64,000 bases of DNA from Candidatus Omnitrophota bacterium (GCA_029261065.1 JAJDCB010000024.1:12129-76128); one strand, 5' to 3'; counted from the first letter of the stretch, positions 1 through 10,121 are shown. Notes: generated by a model from the sequence alone, not told the origin. Program-made: numbers and translations.

Positions 1-1032
1 GTAACTTGCAAAGTAAGTTGGGTATTCTGTTTTGATTCTTTCAAAACTTGTACTATGACCTAAAGCCTCTTGGTATTCTTTGAGGAGCAACATACGTGCT
101 GCTACAAATGTGTAATTAGGTTCTTTTTCAATAAAGGATTTTGTAGCCATAATGTTGGAATCAACCATCTGAGTTTCGGAGATCCCATTGTAATAATTTT
201 TTAAAGATTCTTCTAAGATGTTGTTAACGGATACATCGCTGATGCCTTGGCAGCATGTCTCAATTTGAAATCGAATGTCTTCTAAATTAAGAGATTTATC
301 CTCTCCTGTTTTAGTTTTGTATTTTAGCTTTTTGGTCCACTCAAAAGAATTGTCGGACAATAAATTTTCTGTATTTTTACGACGAGATTGGGCTCGTTGT
401 TCACGGTAAATGATGTAACGCCGCGTTTCATCGTGATGTCCAGATTTCATCAAGTTCTTCTCGACTAAATCTTGAATCTCTTCAATATGAATACATTTGC
501 CATTAGGCCAAAGTGTCTCGATTTCTGTAACAACGCTACTAGACACCTCTTTGGCTCTATCGAGCAATCTTTGAGACAGTATCTCATTATTGCTAGCGCG
601 GAAGACTTTGGCGACAGCGTATGTGATTTTTTCAGGTTTAAATGAGACTACTTTACCATCACGTTTGGTAATGGAATATAGATCAAATAAGGCGCGGCGT
701 GCAGCATGTTGTTTACGGTAGTTTGCATATAATTCGGCAGCTTCTTTAAAACCATTTTCAAATAATTGTCGAATAACTTCATCTTGGATTTCCTCGACAG
801 TGATATGATCTTTGTTTTGGATGCGTTCTGTCAGAACAGAAAAAACACATTCATAGACTTTTTCCACATGACGTGATGCCTCAATGGAGAGTTCGACTTC
901 CCGCGGGAGTTGGTTGAAATCTTTAAACGCATTACCGATCGCAACTTTAATACGGTGTTCGTTGTACGATACGATTTGACCGTTGCGTTTTTTGACTTTG
1001 ATGTCTAAGCGGGTTGTTGATTCATGAGACAT
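1..1032 (-). CDS. nrdA: Ribonucleoside-diphosphate reductase alpha subunit (class I NrdA), N-terminal part only; the gene continues beyond the window start
   Basis: Own translation of the minus strand from ATG at 1032 (AGGAGG SD about 9 nt upstream). It gives MSHESTTRLDIKVKKRNGQIVSYNEHRIKVAIGNAF..., i.e. at least two or three ATP-cone repeats (KRNG/KRDG + AI/AV motifs) followed by an RNR N-terminal domain. Absent from the ORF track because it is truncated by the window edge. Confidence 0.7.
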   Translation of the reverse strand, partial: MSHESTTRLDIKVKKRNGQIVSYNEHRIKVAIGNAFKDFNQLPREVELSIEASRHVEKVYECVFSVLTERIQNKDHITVEEIQDEVIRQLFENGFKEAAELYANYRKQHAARRALFDLYSITKRDGKVVSFKPEKITYAVAKVFRASNNEILSQRLLDRAKEVSSSVVTEIETLWPNGKCIHIEEIQDLVEKNLMKSGHHDETRRYIIYREQRAQSRRKNTENLLSDNSFEWTKKLKYKTKTGEDKSLNLEDIRFQIETCCQGISDVSVNNILEESLKNYYNGISETQMVDSNIMATKSFIEKEPNYTFVAARMLLLKEYQEALGHSTSFERIKTEYPTYFASY

Positions 1033-1235
1033 TAGGCGAGTCCTCCTGTTTTGCTGTGGTTTGGAGACAAATGTATTAAGAAATTTATTGTTTTTGAAGA
1101 AAAACGGATAGTTTTAATAGGAAAATAGCTAGTTTTGAAGTTTCTTTTAACTGTCATTTTTGAAGCGGTAAGTTGTTACTTAACTATTAATTTTTTGGTA
1201 CGAAGGCACAAGATATTGTAGATAAATTATTTAAG

Positions 1236-1251
1236 ATACTATATATAGTAT
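1236..1251. promoter_or_regulatory. NrdR box-like perfect 16-bp palindrome ATACTATATATAGTAT upstream of nrdA; a weaker second half-site lies about 30 bp away at ~1206-1221
   Basis: Perfect palindrome seen directly. It matches the published NrdR box consensus acaCwAtATaTwGtgt at 14/16 positions and lies ~200 bp upstream of the nrdA start on the correct side. Confidence 0.55.
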
Positions 1252-1364
1252 GTATATTTAATGCTTGCGTCAAGATCTATTTCAACTTTTTTAATAAAAA
1301 ATTGTAATTTTTTGCGCATCTCCCCTTAACGGCCTTCACCGTCAAGGAAAGGTAAGAATTTGTT

Positions 1365-1985
1365 TTATTGAGCGCTACTATAGCGTTTGGCAACAGCATC
1401 CCAATTAACTACATTCCAAAATGCGGCCACATAATCTGGACGACGATTTTGATAATTTAAATAATAGGCATGTTCCCAAACATCAATCCCAAGGATAGGT
1501 GTTCCTTTACAATCGACGACATCCATAGCAGGATTATCTTGATTTGCAGTAGAGCAGACACACAACTTTCCAGCAGATACACACAACCAAGCCCAACCAC
1601 TTCCAAAACGAGTAGCTGCGGCATTCGCGAACTTTTCTTTAAAACTATCAAAACTACCAAATTCTTTATCTATAGCATCAGCTAAATCACCGGAAGGAGC
1701 TCCCCCTCCATTGGGACCAATAACATCCCAAAATAACGAATGATTATAATGCCCACCTCCATTATTTCTAACGGGTCCTTGAATTTCTTGAGGAAGGCCT
1801 GATATGTTAGAAATTAATTCTTCGATACTTTTAGAGCCTAAATCATCTTTGCCTTCAATAGCAGCATTAAGTTTGCTTACATAAGCGGCATGATGTTTGC
1901 CATAATGGATCTCCATCGTTTTGGCATCAATGTGTGGTTCTAATGCGGTAAAGGCGTAAGCCAAATCTGGTACTGAAAAAGCCAT
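1365..1985 (-). CDS. Fe/Mn-family superoxide dismutase
   Basis: 206 aa; N-terminal FxLPxLxYxxxALEPHI and HHxxYV motifs and a C-terminal DVWEHAYY motif are typical of Fe/Mn SOD. Confidence 0.9.
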   Translation of the reverse strand: MAFSVPDLAYAFTALEPHIDAKTMEIHYGKHHAAYVSKLNAAIEGKDDLGSKSIEELISNISGLPQEIQGPVRNNGGGHYNHSLFWDVIGPNGGGAPSGDLADAIDKEFGSFDSFKEKFANAAATRFGSGWAWLCVSAGKLCVCSTANQDNPAMDVVDCKGTPILGIDVWEHAYYLNYQNRRPDYVAAFWNVVNWDAVAKRYSSAQ

Positions 1986-2012
1986 TTGCTTTCTCCTTTT
2001 TTTGATAAATGA

Positions 2013-2516
2013 TTAAAGTTTTTTAACGGCTTCTAAGACTTCGTCGTAATTAGGTTCCGTTGTAATTTCGTTAACGACTTGTTTATATTGAACAGTTCCA
2101 TTTGCATCAACTACAAAAATAGCACGCGCCAATAAACGAACCCCATCGACAAGCAAACCATAGCTTTGAGCAAAGTTTCCATCGCGATGATCAGAAAGTG
2201 TGATCACTTTATCGCTTCCTGTTGCTCCACACCATCTTTTTTGAGCAAAAGGCAAATCCATGCTGACGGTTACGATAACAACATCACCAAGGTTTTCAGC
2301 TTCTTGATTAAATCGTTTTGTTTGTAAATCACAAATTGGTGTATCTAGGGATGGAACGACGGAGAGGATTACTTTTTTCCCCTTTAGTGACGATAGTTTA
2401 AATTCTGATAAATCGTTAGCGACAAGGACACAATCTGGAGCATCATCGCCTACATTTATTTCATTTCCTAAAAGCGTAACGGGATTGCCTTTCATTGTTA
2501 CAGCTGACATGTGCAT
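2013..2516 (-). CDS. tpx: Thiol peroxidase (atypical 2-Cys peroxiredoxin Tpx)
   Basis: 167 aa, colinear with E. coli Tpx (GNPVTL..., SxDxPxC peroxidatic Cys, LPFAQxRxCGA, VDEITTEPxY). Confidence 0.9.
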   Translation of the reverse strand: MHMSAVTMKGNPVTLLGNEINVGDDAPDCVLVANDLSEFKLSSLKGKKVILSVVPSLDTPICDLQTKRFNQEAENLGDVVIVTVSMDLPFAQKRWCGATGSDKVITLSDHRDGNFAQSYGLLVDGVRLLARAIFVVDANGTVQYKQVVNEITTEPNYDEVLEAVKKL

Positions 2517-2540
2517 CTCCTTAAATTATTAATCGAGTAA

Positions 2541-3203
2541 TTATTCTTCTAAAAAGAGTTTGTAACTCATAGCCCCTAAGACGCTACCAATAATAGGGCC
2601 GACCCAATAAATCCAAATATTTTGAAGACCTCCACCTAGCAGTGCAGGGCCTAAATGACGGGCGGGATTCATGGCAGCCCCAGAAACAGGTCCGCCAATT
2701 AAAATATCTAATGTTACAGCTAATCCAATAAATAAAGCCCCCACTTGCGGCGCTCTTTTATCAACAGCTGTTCCATAAATGACAAAAACAAGAATGAAGG
2801 TTAAAAATATTTCCATGATTAAACCCATGTTTGCCGATATGCCAGTTCCTAAGGCAGGTGTTCCCATACCAACGGCCATTAACACGTCATTGGGCATACA
2901 TAGTTTGATGGCAACGGCTGCGGCAATACCACCTAAACACTGTGCGATGATATAACCAATGGTGTTAACAGCATCAATTTTTTTTGCAACAAATAAACCA
3001 ATACTAACGGCCGGATTTAAATGCCCACCACTGATAGCTGCAGTGGCTGATGCCATAACGGCAATGGTTAAACCATGAGCTAACGCGATACCAACTAAGC
3101 CGGATGCGCCTCCTGTGATATGATCAGAGGCAATTGCGCCAACACCAACAAAGATGAGTGCAAATGTTCCAATAAATTCTGCTATAAGTGCTTTTTGATT
3201 CAT
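2541..3203 (-). CDS. Aquaporin / MIP-family channel (AqpZ-like)
   Basis: 220 aa polytopic protein with two NPA boxes (HLNPAVS and MNPARHLGP). Confidence 0.9.
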   Translation of the reverse strand: MNQKALIAEFIGTFALIFVGVGAIASDHITGGASGLVGIALAHGLTIAVMASATAAISGGHLNPAVSIGLFVAKKIDAVNTIGYIIAQCLGGIAAAVAIKLCMPNDVLMAVGMGTPALGTGISANMGLIMEIFLTFILVFVIYGTAVDKRAPQVGALFIGLAVTLDILIGGPVSGAAMNPARHLGPALLGGGLQNIWIYWVGPIIGSVLGAMSYKLFLEE

Positions 3204-3406
3204 GAAGTCTCCTAAAATTGAGGATTTCTAATCTGTAGATCCTTTCGAAGTGTTATATATATTACTTCAATTATAATATTTGTCAATAAAAAGGTAGTCC
3301 TTAAAGACTAAAGAAAACAATAGTGTTAATTGTTAGTTAAAAAATGTATGTTATAATAATTCATAATAATTATTTTTAATAATATTCAATTCCTCGAGGA
3401 GAAATT

Positions 3407-3820
3407 ATGTATACTTATCAAACAAAAATTAAACTTCATCAAACAGATGCTGCAGGTTTATTGTTCTTTGCTCATCAATTTGAAATTATACATGATGCGT
3501 ATGAATCTTTGTTAGAAGGGATTGGTTTTGGGTTTGCAGAATTGATAAGAAACAAAGATTTTTTTCTTCCTATTGTTCATGCAGAGGCTGATTATAAATT
3601 ACCTTTGTTTGTGGGTGATGTTATAGAGGTTCAAGTGCGCGTTGGCAACATTGGTAAAACGTCTTTTAGTTTTGAATATCAATTGTTAAATACACAACAA
3701 CAAATTGTTGGAACAGCAAAAACAATTCATGTCACAATTGATAATAAAGAACACAAAAAAATTCCTCTCCCCTCTTTAATGCGAGAAAAAATTGAAGAGC
3801 TCTGCAGCGACAAGCAATAA
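3407..3820 (+). CDS. Hotdog-fold acyl-CoA thioesterase (4HBT/YbgC family); candidate 1,4-dihydroxy-2-naphthoyl-CoA thioesterase of the men pathway
   Basis: 137 aa; the N-terminal HQTDAAGLLFFAHQF motif fits 4HBT/YbgC thioesterases. A GAGGAG SD precedes the ATG. It is divergent from the menE-menC-menA-menB block. The DHNA-CoA role is inferred from context only. Confidence 0.6.
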   Translation: MYTYQTKIKLHQTDAAGLLFFAHQFEIIHDAYESLLEGIGFGFAELIRNKDFFLPIVHAEADYKLPLFVGDVIEVQVRVGNIGKTSFSFEYQLLNTQQQIVGTAKTIHVTIDNKEHKKIPLPSLMREKIEELCSDKQ

Positions 3821-3850
3821 AATTCATTTTTTGATTAACAATATTCTTTG

Positions 3851-5305
3851 TTAAGAACCTAATTCAACGGTATAGTTTTTAGCTAACTCTTTTAAAGCCT
3901 CTCGGTCTACTTTTAAGGTTTGATTATTTAGTAGCCCAGGCCAAAGGTAGTATCTATCGGGGAGTTTAAATTTAGGGACTTTTTGCTGCAGTATTTCTTC
4001 GGTTTGTTTTCGACTAAATTCTTGATTATGTGCTTGTTGAATAAAAGCTACTGGTCTAAACCCAAATTCTTCATCTTTGACAGGAACAACAATCGCATTT
4101 TCTACCTCAATACATTGACATAAGTAATGCTCGATCTCCTCGGGTTGAATGTTCTCCCCACCTGATATAAACATGTTATCTTTTCGTCCAACAATTTTGA
4201 TATTATGATTTTTGTCTTCCCGTCCTAAATCTCCCGTATGAAACCACCCTTCTTCATCAAGCGCCTGATCGATACCAGCATATTCTTTAAATAACGTAGG
4301 ACCTTTAACATATATTTCACGATCATCCGCAATTTTTATTTCACGGTGATTAAGTGTTTTTAAGTTTGCATGTAATGAGTCTTGTGTGAGCTTCTCAGAG
4401 GTTGCCACAGAAGATGCCATTTCGGTTAATCCATAAGTTACAAAAACGGAAAGCTTATGATCACATGCTTTTTTTAAAAGACTTTCATTAATGGCTGCCC
4501 CTCCCAACAAAAGGCCTTTTAACGTTTTCATCTTATCAACGGTCACTGTTTCTTTAATCAAACGAAGCAATTGTGTAGGAACTAATGACATATAACTTAT
4601 GTTATGATTTAAGATGGCTTCTGTTAAAGAAGAATTTGAATCAGGAACCACGATTGTGGCCCCAGCTAATAGACATCGAAAGATAATGCTTAATCCACCG
4701 ACGTGATATAACGGCAAAGATAATAGCCAAGTGTCTGTACTTTTAAGATCAAGATGCTCATTGTTTCCTATGGCATTGTAATGATGATTGGCATAAGTGT
4801 GTATGACAGCTTTTGGTTTGGCATTTGATCCAGAGGTGTAAATAATGGTCATTTCTTCTTCAGGGTTAAGACTTGATTTTTTTATTTCGCTATCTTCAAA
4901 AGCAACGGCGTAATGTTGAATCAAAAAGGGAAGATCAATTTTTTCTAACGTTACTGTTTGCGATTGTAAAATGTCTTTTAAAGAACTTACTAGAATTTTA
5001 CATTTTAGTTCTTGAGATTGAGTATTAATTTGCTCATGAGGTGATTTAGGATTTAGCAAACAGCTGACCGCCCCCATGCGCCACAAAGCAAGGAGAATGA
5101 CGATGGTATCAATACTTTTATCGACACAGACGGCAATGCGATCCTTAGGTTTAATCCCTCGTTTTTCTAGTTCAGCTTGAATAGCACATACGGAATTAAT
5201 AAGTAATTTATAGGAAATTGTAAGGTCCGCTCCAATAATGGCTGGGTGTTCAGGAGAGTTTTGGGCGTGTTGATCTAGAGGAAAGATTATTTCAGAGGTT
5301 ATCAT
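3851..5305 (-). CDS. menE: O-succinylbenzoate-CoA ligase (AMP-binding adenylate-forming enzyme)
   Basis: 484 aa; AMP-binding signature YTSGSNAKPKAV. 4-nt overlap (ATGA) with upstream menC. The men context supports MenE over a generic acyl-CoA ligase. Confidence 0.75.
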   Translation of the reverse strand: MITSEIIFPLDQHAQNSPEHPAIIGADLTISYKLLINSVCAIQAELEKRGIKPKDRIAVCVDKSIDTIVILLALWRMGAVSCLLNPKSPHEQINTQSQELKCKILVSSLKDILQSQTVTLEKIDLPFLIQHYAVAFEDSEIKKSSLNPEEEMTIIYTSGSNAKPKAVIHTYANHHYNAIGNNEHLDLKSTDTWLLSLPLYHVGGLSIIFRCLLAGATIVVPDSNSSLTEAILNHNISYMSLVPTQLLRLIKETVTVDKMKTLKGLLLGGAAINESLLKKACDHKLSVFVTYGLTEMASSVATSEKLTQDSLHANLKTLNHREIKIADDREIYVKGPTLFKEYAGIDQALDEEGWFHTGDLGREDKNHNIKIVGRKDNMFISGGENIQPEEIEHYLCQCIEVENAIVVPVKDEEFGFRPVAFIQQAHNQEFSRKQTEEILQQKVPKFKLPDRYYLWPGLLNNQTLKVDREALKELAKNYTVELGS

Positions 5306-6387
5306 AGTTCTTTTAATAAATCGAATCGAATATTGTCTTTGCGTAACAACTTACTACTAATATCTAATTTCCCGTTATGAAAGTCAAGGCTTTCCTTTAA
5401 TAATTGTTCTTTAAACCATTTTAGGGTATCGATACCAACGTTATTGTCTCTTGTAAAACTTCCTGAAAGATGTGCTAAGTTAAATAGTCCTATGTCTGAT
5501 TCAAAAGAAGAACTGATAACGGTTTTAATGGCTAAACCAACGGCTTGATTGATAATCGAACAGATTTTAGAAAAGCTTCTTTCTAATGTTGGTTTTAAAA
5601 TAAGCACATCAACGCCTACAATAGATCGAATGTCGTCAAAGCCAAACTCTCTTAAAGATTCATCTAAGGCCACAGGAATCATGCTTTCATTAAAGAAATC
5701 AGGAATTTTTTCAATATCTTTGAAAGGTTCTTCAATATAATCAATGGCCGCCAAGCCTACTTTATTGGCAAAATAAGTAGCTTCTTTAAAAGACCACGCT
5801 TGATTAGCATCGACGTGAAGAACCGCCTTACCTTTTAAAATTTCGGTGAGAGCAAGAACTTTTCGAATGTCTTCTTCAACGTTTGATCCCACCTTTAATT
5901 TTAATGCCTTAAAACCTCGATCTAATAAATCTTGTGCTTGAGGAAGGATTTCTGACTCCTTGCCTGTGAGCAAACCATTGATATGAACAATGTCATGCGT
6001 TTTATCAGATAAAAGTTTATTTAAGCAGATCTGTTTTTTGTTAGCTAAAAGGTGATATAGACTTGATTCAATTCCAAAAGAGACAGATTTTAATAATTTA
6101 TCTTCATCAAAATATTTTTCTAATTCTTTTTCTAATGTCTTTAGGGTTTCAGGCAGCTCAAGATTGTTAAAAAAATGTTTTAATTCTTTGAGCTGTTTAA
6201 TACTGTCTTCTAATGTTTCTTGGCTAAAGTTGGGTAAAGGAGCGCATTCGCCAAATCCTTCAAAACCATCGTCACTGGTCAGATGAATAATAACCCCTTC
6301 CCTTTGATCAAAGAGATCGCCTTTAAGCCATAGCGGTTTGACAAATGGAATTTTGTATTGATAGATTTTAAAAGAAGAGATCTTCAT
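5302..6387 (-). CDS. menC: o-Succinylbenzoate synthase (enolase superfamily, MR/MLE)
   Basis: 361 aa; enolase-superfamily motifs (KLKVG, HVDANQAW, IEEP, LD metal ligands). Sits between menA and menE. Confidence 0.75.
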   Translation of the reverse strand: MKISSFKIYQYKIPFVKPLWLKGDLFDQREGVIIHLTSDDGFEGFGECAPLPNFSQETLEDSIKQLKELKHFFNNLELPETLKTLEKELEKYFDEDKLLKSVSFGIESSLYHLLANKKQICLNKLLSDKTHDIVHINGLLTGKESEILPQAQDLLDRGFKALKLKVGSNVEEDIRKVLALTEILKGKAVLHVDANQAWSFKEATYFANKVGLAAIDYIEEPFKDIEKIPDFFNESMIPVALDESLREFGFDDIRSIVGVDVLILKPTLERSFSKICSIINQAVGLAIKTVISSSFESDIGLFNLAHLSGSFTRDNNVGIDTLKWFKEQLLKESLDFHNGKLDISSKLLRKDNIRFDLLKEL

Positions 6388-7264
6388 AGACCCAACCCAC
6401 GGAAAATAGAATGCTGTAGATAATTAATAATTTTCCCGTAAAAGCCAATGTTGCATTTAAGGCAGGGCCATCTTTTTGAGAACTAATTGTAATATAAGCC
6501 GGAATAGCGATAAGACTTATAATCGTTGCATATAAAATTTGTATATGATCTTTAATGAATAAGTAGATCAAGACCGGAATTAAAGAAGCGCAGATAATTG
6601 CAAAAATATATTCGTATTTGGCAAAGTTACGACCAAATCGGACAGCTAATGTCTTTTTGTTTGTTTTTTTATCGTCCTCAACATCTCGAAGATTATTGAC
6701 GGCAAGAATAGCCACAGAAATTAAGCCTGGTGCCAAACCAGCGAGGACAACAGCCATATTGATTTCAAATGATTGCACATAATAAGTTCCTGCCACAGCC
6801 ACTGGTCCAAAGAATATCAAAACAAAAATATCGCCTAATCCCAAATAACCTAAAGGTCTTGGACCGGCGGTGTAAAATAAGCCTGATAAAATCGATAAAA
6901 CACCAATGATGATAATCGGCATTCCTCCTCGTTTGGCTAAAAAAAGACAAATCAGAGCAGATAATGTAAAGGAAATGATTGTTGCCATTTTAACGGCTTC
7001 TGGTTTGATTAAACCGGCTTGTGTCACACGTGTGGGTCCAATTCTTTCTGAGGTATCTGTCCCCTTTTTAAAATCAAAATAATCATTGGCAAGGTTTGTG
7101 CCTATTTGAATCGTAAGCGCTGCGAAAAAACAAAGAATTGCGGTTGTGATATGATACACACCATCGCCCACCGCCATGGCCGTGCCAATAAGAACAGGAC
7201 TAATGGATGCGCTTAAGGTTTTTGGCCGGATGGCCATGATCCAAATTTTTAGTGGGGAGTGCAT
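6368..7264 (-). CDS. menA: 1,4-dihydroxy-2-naphthoate polyprenyltransferase (UbiA family)
   Basis: UbiA-type NDxxDxxxD motif (NLANDYFDFKKGTD) in a polytopic membrane protein. The ORF track extends to 7348, but the Met at 7264 (MHSPLKIW...) lies 4 nt after the menB stop, so 7264 is the likelier start. Confidence 0.8.
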   Translation of the reverse strand: MHSPLKIWIMAIRPKTLSASISPVLIGTAMAVGDGVYHITTAILCFFAALTIQIGTNLANDYFDFKKGTDTSERIGPTRVTQAGLIKPEAVKMATIISFTLSALICLFLAKRGGMPIIIIGVLSILSGLFYTAGPRPLGYLGLGDIFVLIFFGPVAVAGTYYVQSFEINMAVVLAGLAPGLISVAILAVNNLRDVEDDKKTNKKTLAVRFGRNFAKYEYIFAIICASLIPVLIYLFIKDHIQILYATIISLIAIPAYITISSQKDGPALNATLAFTGKLLIIYSILFSVGWVYEDLFF

Positions 7265-7268
7265 GATG

Positions 7269-8102
7269 TTAAGGTCTTCGTGGGAATTTGGAAAAATCTG
7301 GTTTGCGTTTTTCAACAAAAGCATTGCGCCCTTCTTGGCCTTCTTCACTCATGTAATAAAGCATCGTCGCATTACCGGCTAATTCTTGAAGGCCTGCTTG
7401 GCCATCGCAATCGGCATTAAGGGCCGCCTTCAAACATCGAATGGCCATGGGGGAATTGGCTAATATCTCACGGCACCATTGAACGGTTTCCGTTTCGAGA
7501 TCTTTATAAGGAACAACTTTATTAACGAGACCCATATCAAGAGCCTCTTGCGCATTGTATTGTCGACAAAGAAACCAAATTTCGCGTGCCTTTTTCTGAC
7601 CGACAATGCGCGCCATATAACTCGCACCATAACCACCATCAAAAGATCCTACTTTAGGGCCTGTTTGACCAAAAATTGCATTATCAGCGGCAATACTTAT
7701 ATCACAAATCAAGTGAAGAATATGCCCACCTCCTACTGCAAAACCAGCGATCATCGCAATAATGGGTTTAGGACATGTCCGCATCTGGCGCTGAAAATCA
7801 AGGACATTCAAACGATTCGTCCCCTTAGCATCTTTGTAACCCGCATCCCCTCGAATTTTCTGATCACCACCAGAACAAAAAGCCTTCTCACCCGCTCCGG
7901 TTAAGATAATGACGCCAATCGATTCATCCTCACGGGCGTCATTTAAGGCTTGAGACATCTCCATAACAGTCTGCGGACGAAAAGCGTTACGTACTTCAGG
8001 GCGGTTAATCGTGATCTTTGCGATCCCTTCGACTTTATTGTATTTAATATCCGTATATTCGTTGTTCGATTTCCAACTTATTTTTTGCATTTTTGTCGTC
8101 AT
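7269..8102 (-). CDS. menB: 1,4-dihydroxy-2-naphthoyl-CoA synthase (crotonase fold)
   Basis: 277 aa; characteristic MenB N-terminus and crotonase core ([12 protein letters not shown]..., [17 protein letters not shown]). Confidence 0.9.
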   Translation of the reverse strand: MTTKMQKISWKSNNEYTDIKYNKVEGIAKITINRPEVRNAFRPQTVMEMSQALNDAREDESIGVIILTGAGEKAFCSGGDQKIRGDAGYKDAKGTNRLNVLDFQRQMRTCPKPIIAMIAGFAVGGGHILHLICDISIAADNAIFGQTGPKVGSFDGGYGASYMARIVGQKKAREIWFLCRQYNAQEALDMGLVNKVVPYKDLETETVQWCREILANSPMAIRCLKAALNADCDGQAGLQELAGNATMLYYMSEEGQEGRNAFVEKRKPDFSKFPRRP

Positions 8103-8195
8103 AATTTATCCAGTGTAACATAATTGAAAAAAAATTCAATCAAATCTAGAATTTGGTTTGTGATAACGGTTAAAAAAGAATGGACATCAATAGCG

Positions 8196-10121
8196 TTAAA
8201 GGTTTTGGATCTTCTTTTTTAATGTGTCGATTTGTTTTTGTTGTTTTTCAATGAGTTCTTTACGTCGTTCGATTTCATCGTTTTGATCCTGAACGACCTT
8301 TGTCAGGAGGGCCGTGATTTCAAGAGGACTTAAGCTTGAGCGATCTTGCGTGGCGATTAAATCAGGGACGTCTTCAGCGATAAATCCGATATTGGGTTGT
8401 TCTGGATTTTGCTTGTATAGAAAGGTAACAGGTTCTAAATTGTCTAAAGCGGCGTGAGCCCTTTTGGAATCAAGCGGGGTGATGTCTCTTTTATATTTTC
8501 GCGAACTAATACTCTGCCAAGTTAAGCCATCACTATAAGCACCATTAGCTGAGCCAACGATAAATAATCTGTCTGGGTCCTCTTCGCGTATGCCAACGTT
8601 ACCATTCGTATCAATCGTTAAATAATCATTACTCATATTTTCAGGGTTAAAACCATGACCTGTTGAAGTGCCATAACTAAAAGAAAAACGGTCATCAGCG
8701 GCCCCGCCGCTCCCGTTACCATAGTGGTTTATAAACCAATGATTATTTTGAGCAGTACCATTTATTGTTGCCGACATCATAATATGTGAGGAATTCCTGT
8801 TGTTATCTCTCACATTAAGTTGTAAGACTCCTACTTCCGCTTCTATGATTATTGATTCTATTCGGTTAGGGAGACGAGTTAGATAATCGACTCCGGTAAG
8901 TTCTTGGGTATCCACATGTAGGACCGCTGTGGTGCCTACGCTTCCAATGCCTAGAGTGTCTTTTTGTAAGTTAAAAACTTCAGTTCCACTTAAAGGATCA
9001 TCATCGTCTGCAAAAATTCTAAAGGCATTGTTGGAAGCGGTAAGGGCAAAGGTTCCACCAGTGGTGTCAATGAGTTCCATAAGGGGATCTGTTCCTTGCA
9101 TATCAATTGTTCCCCATCCTCCAACATGAAGTTCATAATTCGGTTTAACGATGCCTCCAAATCCGAAGAGGGCAAGATTTTGACCTGGTGGATCCCAATA
9201 ATTCATTACCACAGCTGTGTTTTCACTGCCTTCTTTTCCTCCGATTAGGGTAAAAGAATTTTTATCCGAGTTATAATTATCGTGAGCAGAAAGAGTCCAG
9301 TTTGTATGATCAGAACCAACAGAATCATACTCTCTGAGTTTTAAAGAAGTCACGCCGTCATCATTTGCAATATGGAGTTCTGATAGTGGTGGGTTAGGCG
9401 CATCAAATGAACCAAATCCGATTTGGCGTGTGCTTTTTATGGTCATACGATGTTGTTCGGGGCGCCACCACCACTCTGGGTCTGAAAATTTGTCATTATA
9501 TTTTAGAAAAAATGCATCATCGTCTGTCGTTAGACGTCCAAAGAGCCACATATTTGTGAATTGGCCGCTACCATCGACTTCTGTAAAATGAAATTGTGAC
9601 TCAGCCGCACTATGTCTTGGGGCAATTAAATTTAAGAGATTATCACTGTGTGACATCAATAGTTGACCATCAAAGGCTGTATCTCCATAGAGAGCACCAC
9701 TCGGCCAATCAACCGTGAAATTATCATCATGAATATGAAGAATAGCCTTGGGAGCAGATGTGCCTATTCCAAGTTTCATTGGTGTTGAAGAGGATGTTTT
9801 AGTAGGAAAAAGAATATTTCCATTTTGTGTCCATGTGCCTGGAATAGGTCCCCAAATGCCGACATTGGCACCATTATTACCACAGAAACGCAATAGCCCT
9901 GTCACACTATCGACAAAGAGCTCTCCGATCTGACAGTTTGCTGATTGCGTCCGTGGAATCAAGCGGAGTTGATCAAATTGTGCGCTTGGCGTTGAATGAA
10001 AAGAGCTGAGGTTTAAGGTATGTTTGGTCTCTGTATTGGTTAACGCGCTATTAGCATCAACTAAGAATACACCTTGCGTAGAAATCAGGATGATAAGCAT
10101 GATCATGACATTTCTTATCAT
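8196..10121 (-). CDS. Secreted tail-fibre-domain protein paralog 1: signal peptide, GxGT..P...LH(V/I) beta-helix-type repeats, C-terminal peptidase S74-like intramolecular chaperone domain and coiled-coil tail
   Basis: 641 aa. N-terminal hydrophobic signal. Repeats such as KLGIGTSAPKAILHIHD, NYELHVGG and TAVLHVDT. C-terminus SSRKYKRDITPL...NIGFIAEDVPDLIA...ITALLTKVVQ matches the phage endosialidase/tail-fibre chaperone domain, including a Ser-x4-Lys dyad. Confidence 0.75.
   Translation of the reverse strand: MIRNVMIMLIILISTQGVFLVDANSALTNTETKHTLNLSSFHSTPSAQFDQLRLIPRTQSANCQIGELFVDSVTGLLRFCGNNGANVGIWGPIPGTWTQNGNILFPTKTSSSTPMKLGIGTSAPKAILHIHDDNFTVDWPSGALYGDTAFDGQLLMSHSDNLLNLIAPRHSAAESQFHFTEVDGSGQFTNMWLFGRLTTDDDAFFLKYNDKFSDPEWWWRPEQHRMTIKSTRQIGFGSFDAPNPPLSELHIANDDGVTSLKLREYDSVGSDHTNWTLSAHDNYNSDKNSFTLIGGKEGSENTAVVMNYWDPPGQNLALFGFGGIVKPNYELHVGGWGTIDMQGTDPLMELIDTTGGTFALTASNNAFRIFADDDDPLSGTEVFNLQKDTLGIGSVGTTAVLHVDTQELTGVDYLTRLPNRIESIIIEAEVGVLQLNVRDNNRNSSHIMMSATINGTAQNNHWFINHYGNGSGGAADDRFSFSYGTSTGHGFNPENMSNDYLTIDTNGNVGIREEDPDRLFIVGSANGAYSDGLTWQSISSRKYKRDITPLDSKRAHAALDNLEPVTFLYKQNPEQPNIGFIAEDVPDLIATQDRSSLSPLEITALLTKVVQDQNDEIERRKELIEKQQKQIDTLKKKIQNL

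Noticed and set aside
1457-1685. Two overlapping ORFs (67 aa on - and 71 aa on +) inside the SOD gene region
   Set aside because: They are fully nested within, or antisense to, a confidently assigned SOD CDS. Low-complexity translations; the usual by-product of AT-rich sequence.
5549-7904. Plus-strand ORFs 5549..5740, 7176..7382, 7479..7904 and minus-strand 6765..6950, 7460..7642
   Set aside because: All lie antisense to, or out of frame within, menC/menA/menB, which have clear family signatures. No motifs or RBS evident.
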